A DNA stretch of 64,000 nucleotides from Candidatus Latescibacterota bacterium (GCA_965198115.1 OZ240241.1:4864001-4928000), one strand, 5' to 3'. Positions 30,440 through 41,246 are shown, counted from the stretch's first letter. Program-made: numbers and translations. Notes: generated by a model not told the origin, from the letters alone.

Positions 30440-31516
30440 TTAGGTTTTCAGTAATACGAAAACGTCGGCGCGGCGGCCCAGGATGTGGATGCCGCGAATC
30501 TGCTGGATCGGGATGAGGGTGGTTCGGGATTCGAGGATGCGTTTGAACATTTCCCACTCATTCGTGAGGATGACGGCGCGACTACCTTGAGCGAGGACGC
30601 GGTCGAATTCATTTAGCGCGCCGTCGTAGAGGTCGTTGAGTTCCGCGTGCCGTCCGATCTGGTGGCCCCACGGCGGATTGGTCGCGATCTGGGTGACGGA
30701 TCCGGCGTCGAGCGGCAGGCTTGCCGCGTTCCATTCACGTACCGTCCACGGCTTGTGGCGATCGCCGAGGTTCTCGTACGTCGCCGCGATGGCCTCGGGG
30801 CGGATGTCGCCACCGTACAGCTCGCGAAATCGCCCGGCGCGAGCTCGTTCGAGGAGGAGGGTTCCCGCCCCGCACATTGGATCGAGAAAGATGTCGTCGT
30901 CCGTCGGTTTGGCAAGCGCGATCATTGCCGCCGCGGCCGTGGGTCGAAGGGAGCCCGGCAGATTCGCGATTTTATCTGTACGATGGCGCATCGTCCAGTC
31001 CGTCAATCGCAGACCGACGACGGCCTCACGGTCGGCGATCTGGATCCAGATTTCGATGTCTCCTCCGTCTTTCACGGCGTACCACTTGCGGTAGCGTTGG
31101 CCGATGATGCCGGAGACGTGGGCGGCGAGGGCCTCGCGCCGGTATCGGCGCCACTCGGCGTCTTCGGCCTGAACGATCACGCGGTAGCTTACCGCGCCTT
31201 TCCGCGTTCTGGGGGTGACGTGACGCTTGGTGGTGATGCCATCCTCGAATGGCCAGCTCTCGCCACGGCGTCTGAAGTCGTCTAGATCCTTCTTGTCGCC
31301 CGTAATCGGAAAGACGTCGAGCTCGAAATAGACATCCTCGACGGTGAGCAGCCCGGCCAGGCCGATGTGTGCCGCGTCTGTCGCGAACGAGACGAGGTCG
31401 GTGTCCCGGATCTGTCGATACACAAAGTGCTCGGCGCCGAGCTCGCGGCGAAGCTCGCGTCGTGCGATCTCTCCGAGGCCCTTGAAGGTAACGGCGTAGA
31501 GACGATGGATCGCCAC
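30440..31516 (-). CDS. THUMP-domain RNA (guanine-N2)-methyltransferase-like protein
   Basis: GLGEIARREL N-terminus; SLRPTAAAAM, LDPMCGAGT, TNPPWG. Confidence 0.8.
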   Translation of the reverse strand: MAIHRLYAVTFKGLGEIARRELRRELGAEHFVYRQIRDTDLVSFATDAAHIGLAGLLTVEDVYFELDVFPITGDKKDLDDFRRRGESWPFEDGITTKRHVTPRTRKGAVSYRVIVQAEDAEWRRYRREALAAHVSGIIGQRYRKWYAVKDGGDIEIWIQIADREAVVGLRLTDWTMRHRTDKIANLPGSLRPTAAAAMIALAKPTDDDIFLDPMCGAGTLLLERARAGRFRELYGGDIRPEAIAATYENLGDRHKPWTVREWNAASLPLDAGSVTQIATNPPWGHQIGRHAELNDLYDGALNEFDRVLAQGSRAVILTNEWEMFKRILESRTTLIPIQQIRGIHILGRRADVFVLLKT

Positions 31517-31517
31517 G

Positions 31518-32203
31518 TCAGGATCCGAGGATGGTCGTCAGGTCGAGGTGGTCTTCGGCGAAGGCGCCACGGGTGCCCTCGCCCGGGGCGGTCAGGTGTG
31601 AGGCATAGGGGAGACGACCGAGCGTGGGGACGCCAGTATGACGCTCGACGGAGGCGGGGCTTTTCTGTGCGGACAGTGTGGGTGCCCCCTCCATTGTCTG
31701 GTTGTAGACCACACCGAGGACGGGAAGGTTGCGATGGAGCAGCGCCTCGATGGTCATCCGCGTCTGATTGATCGTTCCAAGTGCAGCCCTCGCGACGATG
31801 AGGATGGGCAGTGAAAACCGAGCTGCCAGGTCGACCATCGAAACGGTGTCGGTGATGGGAACCAGGATCCCTCCGGCGCCTTCCACGAGGATCCGTTCGT
31901 GCAGCTTCGATAGTTCCTCGAAGCTCGAGTAGATGGAATCGACGTCGATGCATACGTTCTCGAGGTCGGCGGCGATGTCCGGAGACAGGGGATTCGCGAG
32001 AGAGACCGGGTTGATGAGGTCATCGGGGTCGTCCACTCTTGCAGCGTGCTTGAGACAGCGCACATCCTCGCGCCCTCCGGCCGAGACCGGTTTCATCACG
32101 CCCAGGTCGATTCCTCGAAGCCGGGCGGCCTCGGCGATGGCGGCTCCGACGAAAGTTTTCCCGACGTCGGTGTCTGTGCCCGTAATGAAGAGGCCTTTGT
32201 CAA
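31518..32203 (-). CDS. bioD: Dethiobiotin synthetase; start codon out of frame by one base
   Basis: In frame upstream of the listed ORF: KGLFITGTDTDVGKT..GVMKP; also VEGAGG and LGTIN. TTG at 32203 needs one extra base to join the frame. Confidence 0.88.
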
Positions 32204-32210
32204 CCGTTCG

Positions 32211-32393
32211 CCCTTCGATATGGGGATTGTTGTTCAGAGCAGCATGCTCCTGCTAGGCGGTCTTCCGATACCCCTACTCAGGGTGAACGGTGGGCACCGG
32301 ATGCGTCAAGACAAACCGCTCGTCCTGAGTAGCGATTTCGATGGAATCCCAGTGATCTACCTGACGAAAGCCGATTTATTCGCATATCGAAGG
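32211..32393. repeat. Inverted pair of CCCTTCGATA...CTACTCAGG palindromic units
   Basis: Unit 32211-32291 and inverted unit 32315-32393; a related unit lies at 56948-56990. Confidence 0.6.
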
Positions 32394-32417
32394 TGAGCCC
32401 ACCATTGAGATAGAGAC

Positions 32418-33791
32418 TTACTCTCCGTCACGCTCCGTGACTTCGACAATGGCGTCGTGAACGACGTCGAGGATGTGGTCGAGCTGGTCGGTCGTCACAC
32501 AGAGGGGTGGAAATATCACGATGGTGTCGACGAGGGGGCGGAGCAGGACGCCACGTTTGCGACAGCGGTCGCAGACGCGATGACCGACACGATCCTGAAA
32601 CGGGTAGGGACGGCGTGAATCCGAATTGGCGACGAGTTCGATGGCGGCGATGAGACCGCACTGACGAACGTCGCCTACGTGCGGACGGCTGCCGAATCGC
32701 TCGAGGCTTTTCGCCAGGTGGTGGATCTTGGGCTGGAGATTCTCGACGACGTTCTGCCTCTCGAACAGGTCGATCGACGCGAGGGCCGCCGCGCAGCCGA
32801 GGGGATTGCCCGTGTAGGTGTGCCCGTGAAAGAAGGTCTTCGCCTCTGTATAGTCACCCAGGAAGGCGGTGTAGATTTCATCGGTCGCTAAAGTGGCCGC
32901 GATCGGGAGATAGCCTCCCGTGAGGCCCTTTCCGAGACACATCAGGTCGGGTGTGACGTTTTCGCGCTGACAGGCGAACATCTTGCCCGTTCGTCCGAAT
33001 CCGGTGGCGACTTCGTCGAGGATGACGAGAACGTCGTGATTGTGGCACAGTTCGATGGCATCGCGCAGGTAACCTTCGGGATGGACGAGCATTCCGCCGG
33101 CGCACTGAATGAGGGGCTCGATGATGAAGGCAGCGATCCGGTCCGCGTGGTGACCGAGCGCTTCTTCCAAAGCCCGGAGACATCCACGGTTGCACGCGGG
33201 CTCGGACTCGCAGAAGCTACACCGGTAAGGGTGTGGGGCCGCGACGGGCACGTGTTCGAACAGGAGCGGTCCGTAGATCTGATGGAAGAGGTCGATGCCG
33301 CCAACACTCACGGCACCAATCGTGTCGCCGTGGTAGCTGTGGGTGAGGTGGAGGAACTGGCGTTTTTCCGGTCTGGGTTCATCACGTTGCTGCCAGTACT
33401 GAAAGGCCATTTTGAGCGCGACCTCGACGGCTGTTGCGCCGCTGTCGGAATAGAAGACGTGGTCGAGACCCTGGGGCGTGATGGCGACGAGCTTTTCGGC
33501 GAGTTCGACTGCAGGGATGTTCGAGGATCCAAGTAGCGTTGCGTGGGCGATGCGATCGAGCTGCTGCCGGATCGCCGCATCGATTTCGCGAACACGGTGC
33601 CCGTGAACATTGCACCAGAGAGATGAATAGGCGTCGAGGTATTGACGGCCTTCGGTGTCGTAGAGGTAGGGCCCTTCGGCGTGGTCGATGATGATCGGAT
33701 CTCCGGACACGTAGTCCTGCATCTGTGTGAACGGATGCCAGACGTGTCGTAGATCGATCTCGGCGAGGCGTTTTTTCTGTGCGTCGTTCAT
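32418..33791 (-). CDS. bioA: Adenosylmethionine-8-amino-7-oxononanoate aminotransferase
   Basis: VWHPFTQM, SLWCNVHGH, SDSGATAVEVALKMA, YHGDT, DEVATGFGRTG, LGKGLTGGYLP, HGHTYTGNP. Confidence 0.95.
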   Translation of the reverse strand: MNDAQKKRLAEIDLRHVWHPFTQMQDYVSGDPIIIDHAEGPYLYDTEGRQYLDAYSSLWCNVHGHRVREIDAAIRQQLDRIAHATLLGSSNIPAVELAEKLVAITPQGLDHVFYSDSGATAVEVALKMAFQYWQQRDEPRPEKRQFLHLTHSYHGDTIGAVSVGGIDLFHQIYGPLLFEHVPVAAPHPYRCSFCESEPACNRGCLRALEEALGHHADRIAAFIIEPLIQCAGGMLVHPEGYLRDAIELCHNHDVLVILDEVATGFGRTGKMFACQRENVTPDLMCLGKGLTGGYLPIAATLATDEIYTAFLGDYTEAKTFFHGHTYTGNPLGCAAALASIDLFERQNVVENLQPKIHHLAKSLERFGSRPHVGDVRQCGLIAAIELVANSDSRRPYPFQDRVGHRVCDRCRKRGVLLRPLVDTIVIFPPLCVTTDQLDHILDVVHDAIVEVTERDGE

Positions 33792-33972
33792 CGCGGATTC
33801 AATGTAACGGAATGAGACGTAGCGAGATACAGAAAATGCCCCGAGGACTCACGCCACTTGCCCGGTCTCTGCAACGGGGAGATGGATTCGATGCGAACGA
33901 ACTGGTATCATACGCTGGGGTTCGAGCGACCGGTCAGGGGTCGCGGGCTGTTGACGTAGGATTGGAGGAGGC

Positions 33973-34695
33973 GTGAGTCACAGACGGGTCGCTCTGTTCG
34001 TTTCGTGTCTGGTCGATCAGATGTCACCAGAGATTGGAGTCGCCACAGTCAAACTGTTGCGGCGGGCGGGGTGCAAGGTTGACTTCCCCGAAGCGCAGAC
34101 GTGCTGCGGACAGCCCTTTTTCAACAGCGGATTCCGGCAGCAGGCGATCGATCTGGCGCGTCGAACGATCGAAATCTTCGAACCCTATGACGCTGTGGTC
34201 CTTCCGAGCGGGTCGTGTACGGCGATGGTGGAGGCGGAGTATGTGCATCTGTTCGAGGAGGATTCCGCCTGGCTACCGCGCGCCGAAGCTCTGGCCGCAA
34301 AGACGTTCGAGTTGAGTCGGTTTCTGGTGCAGCACGGCTGGTCCCCGGCGACCGCATTGCCGGCACCCACGGTGACATATCACGACTCCTGTCACGCGAA
34401 TCGATTGCTCGGGTTGGGTGGCGAGGCACGTCAGTTGTTGGAGTCGGCGGGATGCCGTGTGGTGGAAATGGAGGAGTCGGATCGCTGCTGCGGATTCGGA
34501 GGACTGTTCTCGATCAAGATGGCGGAGGTGTCGAACGCGATGACGCGTGACAAGCTGCGGCAGGCGGTGGATACGGAAGTCGACGTACTGGTGTCGATCG
34601 ACCCTGGTTGTCTGATGCAGATCGACGGTCTCGTGGACGGGGAGGGTCCGCGTGTCCGGCACCTGGCCGTTCTGTTGGAGGAGCTGAGTCGATGA
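33973..34695 (+). CDS. lutA: L-lactate utilization protein A (CCG-domain Fe-S subunit)
   Basis: QTCCGQP, PSGSC, TYHDSCH, CCGFGGLF, GCLMQI. Confidence 0.88.
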   Translation: MSHRRVALFVSCLVDQMSPEIGVATVKLLRRAGCKVDFPEAQTCCGQPFFNSGFRQQAIDLARRTIEIFEPYDAVVLPSGSCTAMVEAEYVHLFEEDSAWLPRAEALAAKTFELSRFLVQHGWSPATALPAPTVTYHDSCHANRLLGLGGEARQLLESAGCRVVEMEESDRCCGFGGLFSIKMAEVSNAMTRDKLRQAVDTEVDVLVSIDPGCLMQIDGLVDGEGPRVRHLAVLLEELSR

Positions 34696-36110
34696 CGGCG
34701 TCGATGAAACAGTTTCTGACGATGGCGGACGAGGCGATCGGTGACGATCGTCTGCAGACGGCGATCGACACGGCGACGGGCAATTTCTGGCGTGGTCGCG
34801 AGGGCGCACTCGAGGAGCTGCCCGATTCGGAACGGTTGCGCGATCACTTCAAGGCGATCCGGTCGGCGACGCTCGCAAACCTGGCCGATCATCTGGAGAC
34901 GTTCGAGGCGAATGCAACAGCGGCCGGCGCGCACGTGCACTGGGCATCGGATGACGCGGAAGCCCGCGAGACGGTGTTGAGGATCGCCAAGGACCACGAC
35001 GTGACGCTGGCGACCAAAGGGAAGTCGATGGTGTCCGAAGAAATCCATCTTGGCGAAGCTCTCGAGGCAGCCGGGATCCAGTCCGTCGAGACCGATCTGG
35101 GCGAGTGGATCATTCAGCTGGCGGGGGACCCTCCGTTTCACATCATCGCGCCCGCGATTCACAAGCGCCGGGATGAGATCGTCGCCCTAATCGAGGAAGC
35201 CTCGGGTGAGTCGCTCGCTTCGGCGGAAATCGAGGATCTGGTGGCTGCATCGCGCCGTCTTCTGCGATCTCGCTTTATGTCGGCGGGAATGGGGATCACG
35301 GGAGGCAACATTCTGGTGAGCGAGACCGGAAGTTTGGTTCTCGTGACGAACGAAGGGAACGGCCGGCTCGTTTCGAGCGCATCCCCCGTCCACGTTGCCG
35401 TCGTGGGAATCGAAAAGGTGGCGCCGACGTGGGACGACGCAGTAGTTTGGCTACAGCTTCTCGCCAGGAGCTCGACCGGTCAGCCGTTGTCGGTCTACAC
35501 GACTGTGGTTACGGGACCCAGGAAGGAGCCCGACGAGGATGGACCCGACGAGGTTCACATCGTCCTGTTGGACAACGGTCGGAGCGACTTGATCGGCGGG
35601 AAGTACGAGGAAGTGTTGCAGTGTGTTCGATGTGGCGCGTGTCTGAACATCTGTCCGGTCTACCGGGAGGTCGGCGGGCACACCTATCGCAGCCCTTACA
35701 GCGGACCGATCGGGGCCGTGGTGACGCCGCTGCTGATGGGTCAGAAGCAGTATCCTGCTCTGCCCCAGGCGAGCTCGTTGTGCGGCGCCTGTCGGGATGT
35801 CTGTCCGGCACGCATCGACTTGCCGCGGATGCTGGTGGAGCTGAGGAACGACGCCGTCGACGATGGTCTCGTGCCCTGGACGACGCGCCGGGCTGAAGAA
35901 TCCGCTGCCTGGATGCTGATGGACGTCGATCGATACCGCAGAATGACGGGTTTAATGCGCAAAGCGCAGACACCGTTCGTCGAGGATGGCGTCCTGCGGG
36001 TGCCCGCCTTTATGGATCCCGCGAGAGGACGTCGGCTGACCAGCCTGGCGTCGCGATCGTTTCGCGAGATCTGGACGGACGAGTTGGAGTACGATGATGA
36101 GCAGTCGTGA
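34692..36110 (+). CDS. lutB: L-lactate utilization protein B (LUD + 4Fe-4S)
   Basis: KSMVSEE, ETDLGEWIIQL, TNEGNG, CVRCGACLNICP, YSGPIG, SSLCGACRDVCP. Confidence 0.92.
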   Translation: MTASMKQFLTMADEAIGDDRLQTAIDTATGNFWRGREGALEELPDSERLRDHFKAIRSATLANLADHLETFEANATAAGAHVHWASDDAEARETVLRIAKDHDVTLATKGKSMVSEEIHLGEALEAAGIQSVETDLGEWIIQLAGDPPFHIIAPAIHKRRDEIVALIEEASGESLASAEIEDLVAASRRLLRSRFMSAGMGITGGNILVSETGSLVLVTNEGNGRLVSSASPVHVAVVGIEKVAPTWDDAVVWLQLLARSSTGQPLSVYTTVVTGPRKEPDEDGPDEVHIVLLDNGRSDLIGGKYEEVLQCVRCGACLNICPVYREVGGHTYRSPYSGPIGAVVTPLLMGQKQYPALPQASSLCGACRDVCPARIDLPRMLVELRNDAVDDGLVPWTTRRAEESAAWMLMDVDRYRRMTGLMRKAQTPFVEDGVLRVPAFMDPARGRRLTSLASRSFREIWTDELEYDDEQS

Positions 36111-36729
36111 CGCCATTCTTGAAAAGCTCAGACGATCCGCCCGTCAGGTCGAGAAGCCCGGTCCGTGGCCCACAGGAAGAACCTTCGACGATCCGGTTGT
36201 CCGGTTCAGTGAGTCGCTGGTCAAACTCAAGGGTGAAGTACACAGGGCCGGTACGTTGGCAGATGCGTGGGTCATTGTCGATGGGCTGCTGGACGAAATC
36301 GAGGCGAGCCGGGTCGTGGCCAACGACGAGCCGCCGTTGGAGGAGATGGACATCGCCACTCGCTGGCCCGATCGATCGTGTTACGTCGTCGGTGCGTCGA
36401 ACGGCGATCTCCGATCGGAATGCGAGCGCGCAGATGTGGGGATCAGCGGTGTTCAGTCAGCCCTGGTGGAGACGGGAAGCGTGATCGTCGAGAGTGGAAA
36501 GGGGAGGAGCCGTCTGGCGACGTTGCTTCCGCCCGTGCACATCGCGATGGTCCCCACTTCGAAATTGACGACCGACCTGTTTACCTGGTCGGTTGACAGG
36601 AGGGGCACGATCGAGACGAATGTGACGGTGATCAGTGGACCGAGCAAGACGGCAGACATCGAGTTCAAGATGACCTTGGGCGCACACGGTCCGAAGCGGA
36701 TGATCGCGGTTGTTTACGAGGATGGATGA
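36097..36729 (+). CDS. lutC: L-lactate utilization protein C (LUD domain)
   Basis: ETGSV, LLPPVHIA, ISGPSKTADIE..GAHGP. Confidence 0.9.
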   Translation: MSSRDAILEKLRRSARQVEKPGPWPTGRTFDDPVVRFSESLVKLKGEVHRAGTLADAWVIVDGLLDEIEASRVVANDEPPLEEMDIATRWPDRSCYVVGASNGDLRSECERADVGISGVQSALVETGSVIVESGKGRSRLATLLPPVHIAMVPTSKLTTDLFTWSVDRRGTIETNVTVISGPSKTADIEFKMTLGAHGPKRMIAVVYEDG

Positions 36730-36779
36730 TCGAGGTATGGGCGTGTTGCAATGCGCCCATACAGGCAAGGGAACTTACT

Positions 36780-37712
36780 ATGCGAATCGAGGGGCTGGAA
36801 CAGGCGCCGTTCAACACGACGCTGCTGGGTGTCGTTCGTGGGGTGGCCGATTTTTTCGAGATCGATGTGAGCGACGCGATGCTGTTCGGTGCGACAGGAC
36901 ACGCGTTCGTCATCAACATCCACGAGGAGCTGTGTCCGAGTGGTCCCTACTGCTGGAATCGAGAGCGGTTCCACGCGCTTTTGAAGAATCTGGGCATCGA
37001 GATGGTCGATCGAGGGTTTTTCGGGCCGGAGTCCTCAGCGAAGGAGCGTGAGAAGATCGAGTCCACGCTGATTATGAGTGTCGATCGGGGTCTGCCCTGT
37101 TCGCTGCTCAACCTGGAAAACCAGTTGATCACTGGCTACTATGAAACGGAGTTCGCTACCGCGCAGCCTTGGGCGGCGAAAATGGATTTCCCACCCAAAT
37201 ACCTGACGTTCGGGTCCTGGGACGAATTCGGGGACAAGTGTCACGTGAATTTCTACACCTTCGATCGGTGTGATTCTATCGACAGGCGAGAGGTCATCCT
37301 CGCAAGTCTGGACTACGCAATCGATCTGTTCGCAAACCCGACGAGCCACACACACGAGCCCTACGGGATGGGATTTGGAGCCTACTCCAGATTCATCGAG
37401 GCCGTCGAGGCGGGTCACGGATCCAGCCACGGAAACTGGTGGAACGGGATCGTTTGGACGGAGTGCCGTTCGATGGCGTCACAGTATTTTGAAGAGATCG
37501 CGATCGACTTTGTGGATCTGGCCGAAGAGGCGAAGGACCTCGCCAAGCGCTACGCGTCGATCGCCGAGGATCTGAGCAAGGTGAGCGACAAGGAGATGGA
37601 CAAGGATGAGAAGGTCGCCCTGTTGCAGAGGATTGCGGACGAGGAGGGAAAAGCTGTGGGGAAGGTAGCAGCGTGTGCCGACGCGTTACGGTCGAGTGTG
37701 ATGACACCGTAG
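36780..37712 (+). CDS. Hypothetical protein (possibly papain-like/BtrH-related fold)
   Basis: Long ORF with normal codon usage; LFGATGHAF..CPSGP and LITGY segments. Function not assignable. Confidence 0.55.
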   Translation: MRIEGLEQAPFNTTLLGVVRGVADFFEIDVSDAMLFGATGHAFVINIHEELCPSGPYCWNRERFHALLKNLGIEMVDRGFFGPESSAKEREKIESTLIMSVDRGLPCSLLNLENQLITGYYETEFATAQPWAAKMDFPPKYLTFGSWDEFGDKCHVNFYTFDRCDSIDRREVILASLDYAIDLFANPTSHTHEPYGMGFGAYSRFIEAVEAGHGSSHGNWWNGIVWTECRSMASQYFEEIAIDFVDLAEEAKDLAKRYASIAEDLSKVSDKEMDKDEKVALLQRIADEEGKAVGKVAACADALRSSVMTP

Positions 37713-37736
37713 GGACGATTCGCGAACCGTCCCTAC
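37709..37736. repeat. GTAG-family REP sequence
   Basis: GTAGGGACG-ATTCGCGAAC-CGTCCCTAC overlapping the stop of the upstream gene. Confidence 0.75.
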
Positions 37737-37812
37737 GAGGCGATGGTTCTGATAAAAACACGGCGACGTGGGTGTGCTCCACTCCGCCGTGTTCGTTTGT
37801 AGTGGGAAAGCC

Positions 37813-38787
37813 TTACGATCGTCGCTTTGCACCCATCCCTTCCAGAACATCCTTCGGGATCTTGCAAACCATCGTGTAGGCAGGGTCGAACATATTGCCC
37901 ATATCGTATTCGACCGCTTCGCCCATCAGCAGGTGGGCCTCCCGTGTCGACAGGCCGTATTCCTCTTCGAGAAACCGGATCATTTCGGTCGATGCGTGTT
38001 CGACGCATTGATCGAGCGGGCGGGCGTTGCCGACGGCCATAATGTGGGTGTCGTTTTCCGCCCGCGGCCACACGATCGATCGTCCTTTGATGACGCGTAG
38101 GGTGAAGGTGACGTCGAAGGAGATTTCGATTCCCGTGCCGACGATTTCGCCGTCTCCCTGGAGGGCGTGACCGTCGCCGACGTGGAAGAGGGCGCCTTCT
38201 GCGGCCACCGGGAAGTAAACGGTGACGCCCGTGTTGAACCGTTTGTAATCCATATTGCCGCCGTGGTTGGCGGACGTGGCGCAGGAGATGTGCTGGCGTC
38301 GGGCAGGGGCAACGCCGAAGCAGCCTGAGTGAGGTCTGAGCGGAAGCGTGAGGTTGGCGAGCAGGCCTTCGACAGGGTTCCCTTCGCCGAGGCGTGTGGC
38401 GTCGCGGTCACTCGTGAATTCGACGGGGCTCGCGGTGTGGTTCTCGAAGTCGATTTTCCAGATGAACCGGCTGGCGTCGTCGTCGAATTGGGGAACGTAG
38501 TCGGGGTCGAGGACGTTGGCGGCGACACGGCCGGAAGTGTGGCCGTACTCGCGGTTCGGCATCAGGTGGTCGAAGGTGACGGCCAGAATGTTTCCGGGTT
38601 CGGCGCCGTCGACGTAGAAGGGACCGGTCTGTGGATTGCCGCCCTCGGTAACACTCTCACCTGCCTTGTCCTTGCCTCCTGCGTCGACGGTGGTTGTCGA
38701 GACGGTGTCGCCGTCCTGGATTGTCAGGACGGGTTCGTGCCAGCCGATCGTGGTGTGGTAGTGGTCCGGTGTGAATTCGTGATGCAT
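37813..38787 (-). CDS. Acetamidase/formamidase family protein
   Basis: NPQTGPFYVDGAEPG, HGGNMD, VGDGHALQGDGEI.GTGIE. Confidence 0.9.
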   Translation of the reverse strand: MHHEFTPDHYHTTIGWHEPVLTIQDGDTVSTTTVDAGGKDKAGESVTEGGNPQTGPFYVDGAEPGNILAVTFDHLMPNREYGHTSGRVAANVLDPDYVPQFDDDASRFIWKIDFENHTASPVEFTSDRDATRLGEGNPVEGLLANLTLPLRPHSGCFGVAPARRQHISCATSANHGGNMDYKRFNTGVTVYFPVAAEGALFHVGDGHALQGDGEIVGTGIEISFDVTFTLRVIKGRSIVWPRAENDTHIMAVGNARPLDQCVEHASTEMIRFLEEEYGLSTREAHLLMGEAVEYDMGNMFDPAYTMVCKIPKDVLEGMGAKRRS

Positions 38788-38809
38788 ATGAAAATCCTCA
38801 AATTGATTA

Positions 38810-38836
38810 ACCACGGAGGGCACGGAGATCACGGAG
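38810..38836 (+). repeat. 9-mer repeat unit identical to the reverse complement of 30409-30435
   Basis: ACCACGGAGGGCACGGAGATCACGGAG, 27/27 match. Confidence 0.8.
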
Positions 38837-38901
38837 GGCGGGATCCGCAACATCGAGGCCCATTCGGAGATGTGTTTGGAGAGTGCCCGGAACGGCGTCG
38901 G

Positions 38902-39789
38902 TCACGCGCAGGCGATCATCGTGATGTCGGCGGGTGCGTTCCAGGCGACCTTCCACGTTCGACCACGGTCTTCGCTGACGTGGAGGGCGTCGCCCGTCGT
39001 CGCCCAGGCCCTTCCGTCGCTCGAGAAAGCGACCTGAAACGTGTCGATGTTGTGGTCGACGGTGTCTGGATAGCCGCCCGTCACGTGGTCCCACGTCCTT
39101 CCCGCATCGTCCGAACGATACAGCTGGCCGGCGGGGTTTCCGTGAGGTCCGCGGCTGACGCTGGCGAGGACGCAATCCGGGTCGTTCGGATGGGCGACCA
39201 CGGCTCGACCGTAGCGGTAGGGGAAGCCGTCGGCCCGGTGCGTCCACGAGGCCCCCCGGTCATCGCTGACGTAGACGGCATCGGCCGTGTTTGCGTAGAG
39301 GCGATCTGGAGCGGCAGGCGTGGTGGCCACCTGGTGGACGTCTTCGTTCAGGTCGAGGGTGACCGGTCCCCACGAAGCGCCGGCATCGGGGGATCGCATA
39401 ATGCTGCCCACGTGTATGTCGGCGTAGAGATGACCGTCGTCGGTGGAGGCGAAGCTGCGCACGGCAGCGGGGCCACCCCAGGGTGTGTGGAACGTGTCAC
39501 GACAGTCGAGTTCGTCGAAAGCTGTGACCCGGGTTGTGGTTTCGACGTGACGATAGACGTGGGGACCCTCTGTGCCGATCAGGATGTCTGAACCGAGGCG
39601 CGTGGCGCACTCGATGGACTCATCGATGTGGGTCTCGATTTCCTGACTTTCAGAGACGATGCGTCCCGAGTTGGTGATGGCGACGGGCCCTTCGGCGTCC
39701 TCGATGAGGGCGACTGACTCGCCCGAGAGAATCGATTCGGGCTCGCTACCGTTCTTCCTGTAGACTTCTGTTTTCGTAGAGATGAGCAC
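38902..39789 (-). CDS. BNR/Asp-box beta-propeller protein
   Basis: Repeated SxDxGxxW motifs (SPDAGASW, SDDRGASW, SDDAGRTW, SEDRGRTW); GGAGGAGGA SD before GTG 39789. Confidence 0.8.
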   Translation of the reverse strand: MLISTKTEVYRKNGSEPESILSGESVALIEDAEGPVAITNSGRIVSESQEIETHIDESIECATRLGSDILIGTEGPHVYRHVETTTRVTAFDELDCRDTFHTPWGGPAAVRSFASTDDGHLYADIHVGSIMRSPDAGASWGPVTLDLNEDVHQVATTPAAPDRLYANTADAVYVSDDRGASWTHRADGFPYRYGRAVVAHPNDPDCVLASVSRGPHGNPAGQLYRSDDAGRTWDHVTGGYPDTVDHNIDTFQVAFSSDGRAWATTGDALHVSEDRGRTWKVAWNAPADITMIACA

Positions 39790-40036
39790 GTCCTCCTCCT
39801 TTCGGACAAGTGGCACGTGTGTCGACTGCAATTAGCGTCACCGCCGAACCACCGTCAAGCGCCCTGGCGCTCGCGGACGCAATACCGTAATTTTCGAAAA
39901 CGTGACGTCCCAACGGGCGTGGAGATGTGCACAACAGGCACCTCTCGACGCCGGCTGGGGTGACGCTAAAGAACACTAAGGGTTTGCCACGAAATAAGTG
40001 CTGCACTTTTCAAGGTAATGATCTTACGCTCGGAGT

Positions 40037-41246
40037 GTGGACGTCGAAACTCTCCGAACGAAGTATGAAGCCTTGGCTCCGGTGCTGACGGAACGCACGC
40101 GTCGTCTGTGGGCCGCCACGGAAGCCGAAGCGTTGGGTCACGGTGGGATCGCGATTGTGGCTCTGGCGACAGGAATGTCCAGAGAGCGGATCTTTCGTGG
40201 CATTCAGGAGTTGAGGTCGGACGAACCTTTGGACCCGGCTCGCATCCGGCGTCCAGGCGGCGGTCGTAAGCGGAAGGCCGACACGGACCCGACGCTGTGG
40301 CAGGACCTGAATGATCTGGTCGAGCCAACGACTGCGGGGTCGCCTGACGACAATCCTCTGAGATGGACATCGAAGAGCACTCGCAAACTGGCCGCCGAGT
40401 TGCAAGCGATGGGGCATTCGGTGAGCCCCAGGATCGTTGCCAATCTCCTGCACGAACACGATTACACGCTGCAGGCGAATCGGAAGACAAGGGAGGGATC
40501 TGCACACCCGGATCGGGACGCTCAGTTCGTTTACCTCGATGATCGGATTAGCCAGCAGCAGCAGCAGGGCCTTCCCGTTATCTCGGTGGACACCAAGAAG
40601 AAAGAGTTGATCGGCGACTTCAAGAATCCTGGCCGAGAATGGCGACCCAAGGGAGACCCGGAGCGTGTGAAGGTACACGATTTCATAGTGCCTGCTCAGG
40701 GCAAGGCGATCCCTTATGGAGTGTATGATCTGAGCCGTGATGAAGGCTGGGTAAGTGTCGGTATCGATCACGACACGGCCAGCTTCGCCGTGAATGCGAT
40801 CCGAAGTTGGTGGAAGAACATGGGACGGCCCGCCTACGGCACTTCGACGCATCTGCTAATCACGGCGGACGCAGGCGGCAGCAACGGCGCCAAGACGCGG
40901 CTGTGGAAGTGGGAGCTGCAGCGCTTTGCGAATCGCACTGGCCTGACGATCACCGTATGCCACTACCCTCCTGGCACTAGTAAGTGGAACAAGATCGAAC
41001 ATCGCCTGTTCTCCTTCATCGCTATGAACTGGGCGAGGCAAGCCCCTGGTCAGCCTGGCTGCAACCGTTAATCTCATTGCCGGAACGACCACTCAAGCCG
41101 GTCTCCGAGTACGCTCCGAGATCGACAAGCGACCCTACCCTAACGGGGTCAAGGTGACCGATGAACAGATGACCCAAATCGATCTCACTCCGCACGATTT
41201 CCACGGCGACTGGAACTACACGATCCGGCCAATGGCTCAACATTGA
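40037..41246 (+). pseudogene. ISAzo13 transposase, frameshifted near 41030
   Basis: PLRWTSKS, ISVDTKKKELIG, ADAGGSNG, PPGTSKWNKIEHRLF. The C-terminus RGKPLVS..FHGDWNYTI is in another frame (extra G in TGGG). Confidence 0.85.

Noticed and set aside
40010-40852. 280-aa antisense ORF in ISAzo13 (also 51736-52578)
   Set aside because: Shadow of the transposase; duplicated only because the IS is duplicated.
41025-41040. Programmed frameshift in the ISAzo13 transposase
   Set aside because: No slippery heptamer at the shift site, and family members are normally single ORFs.
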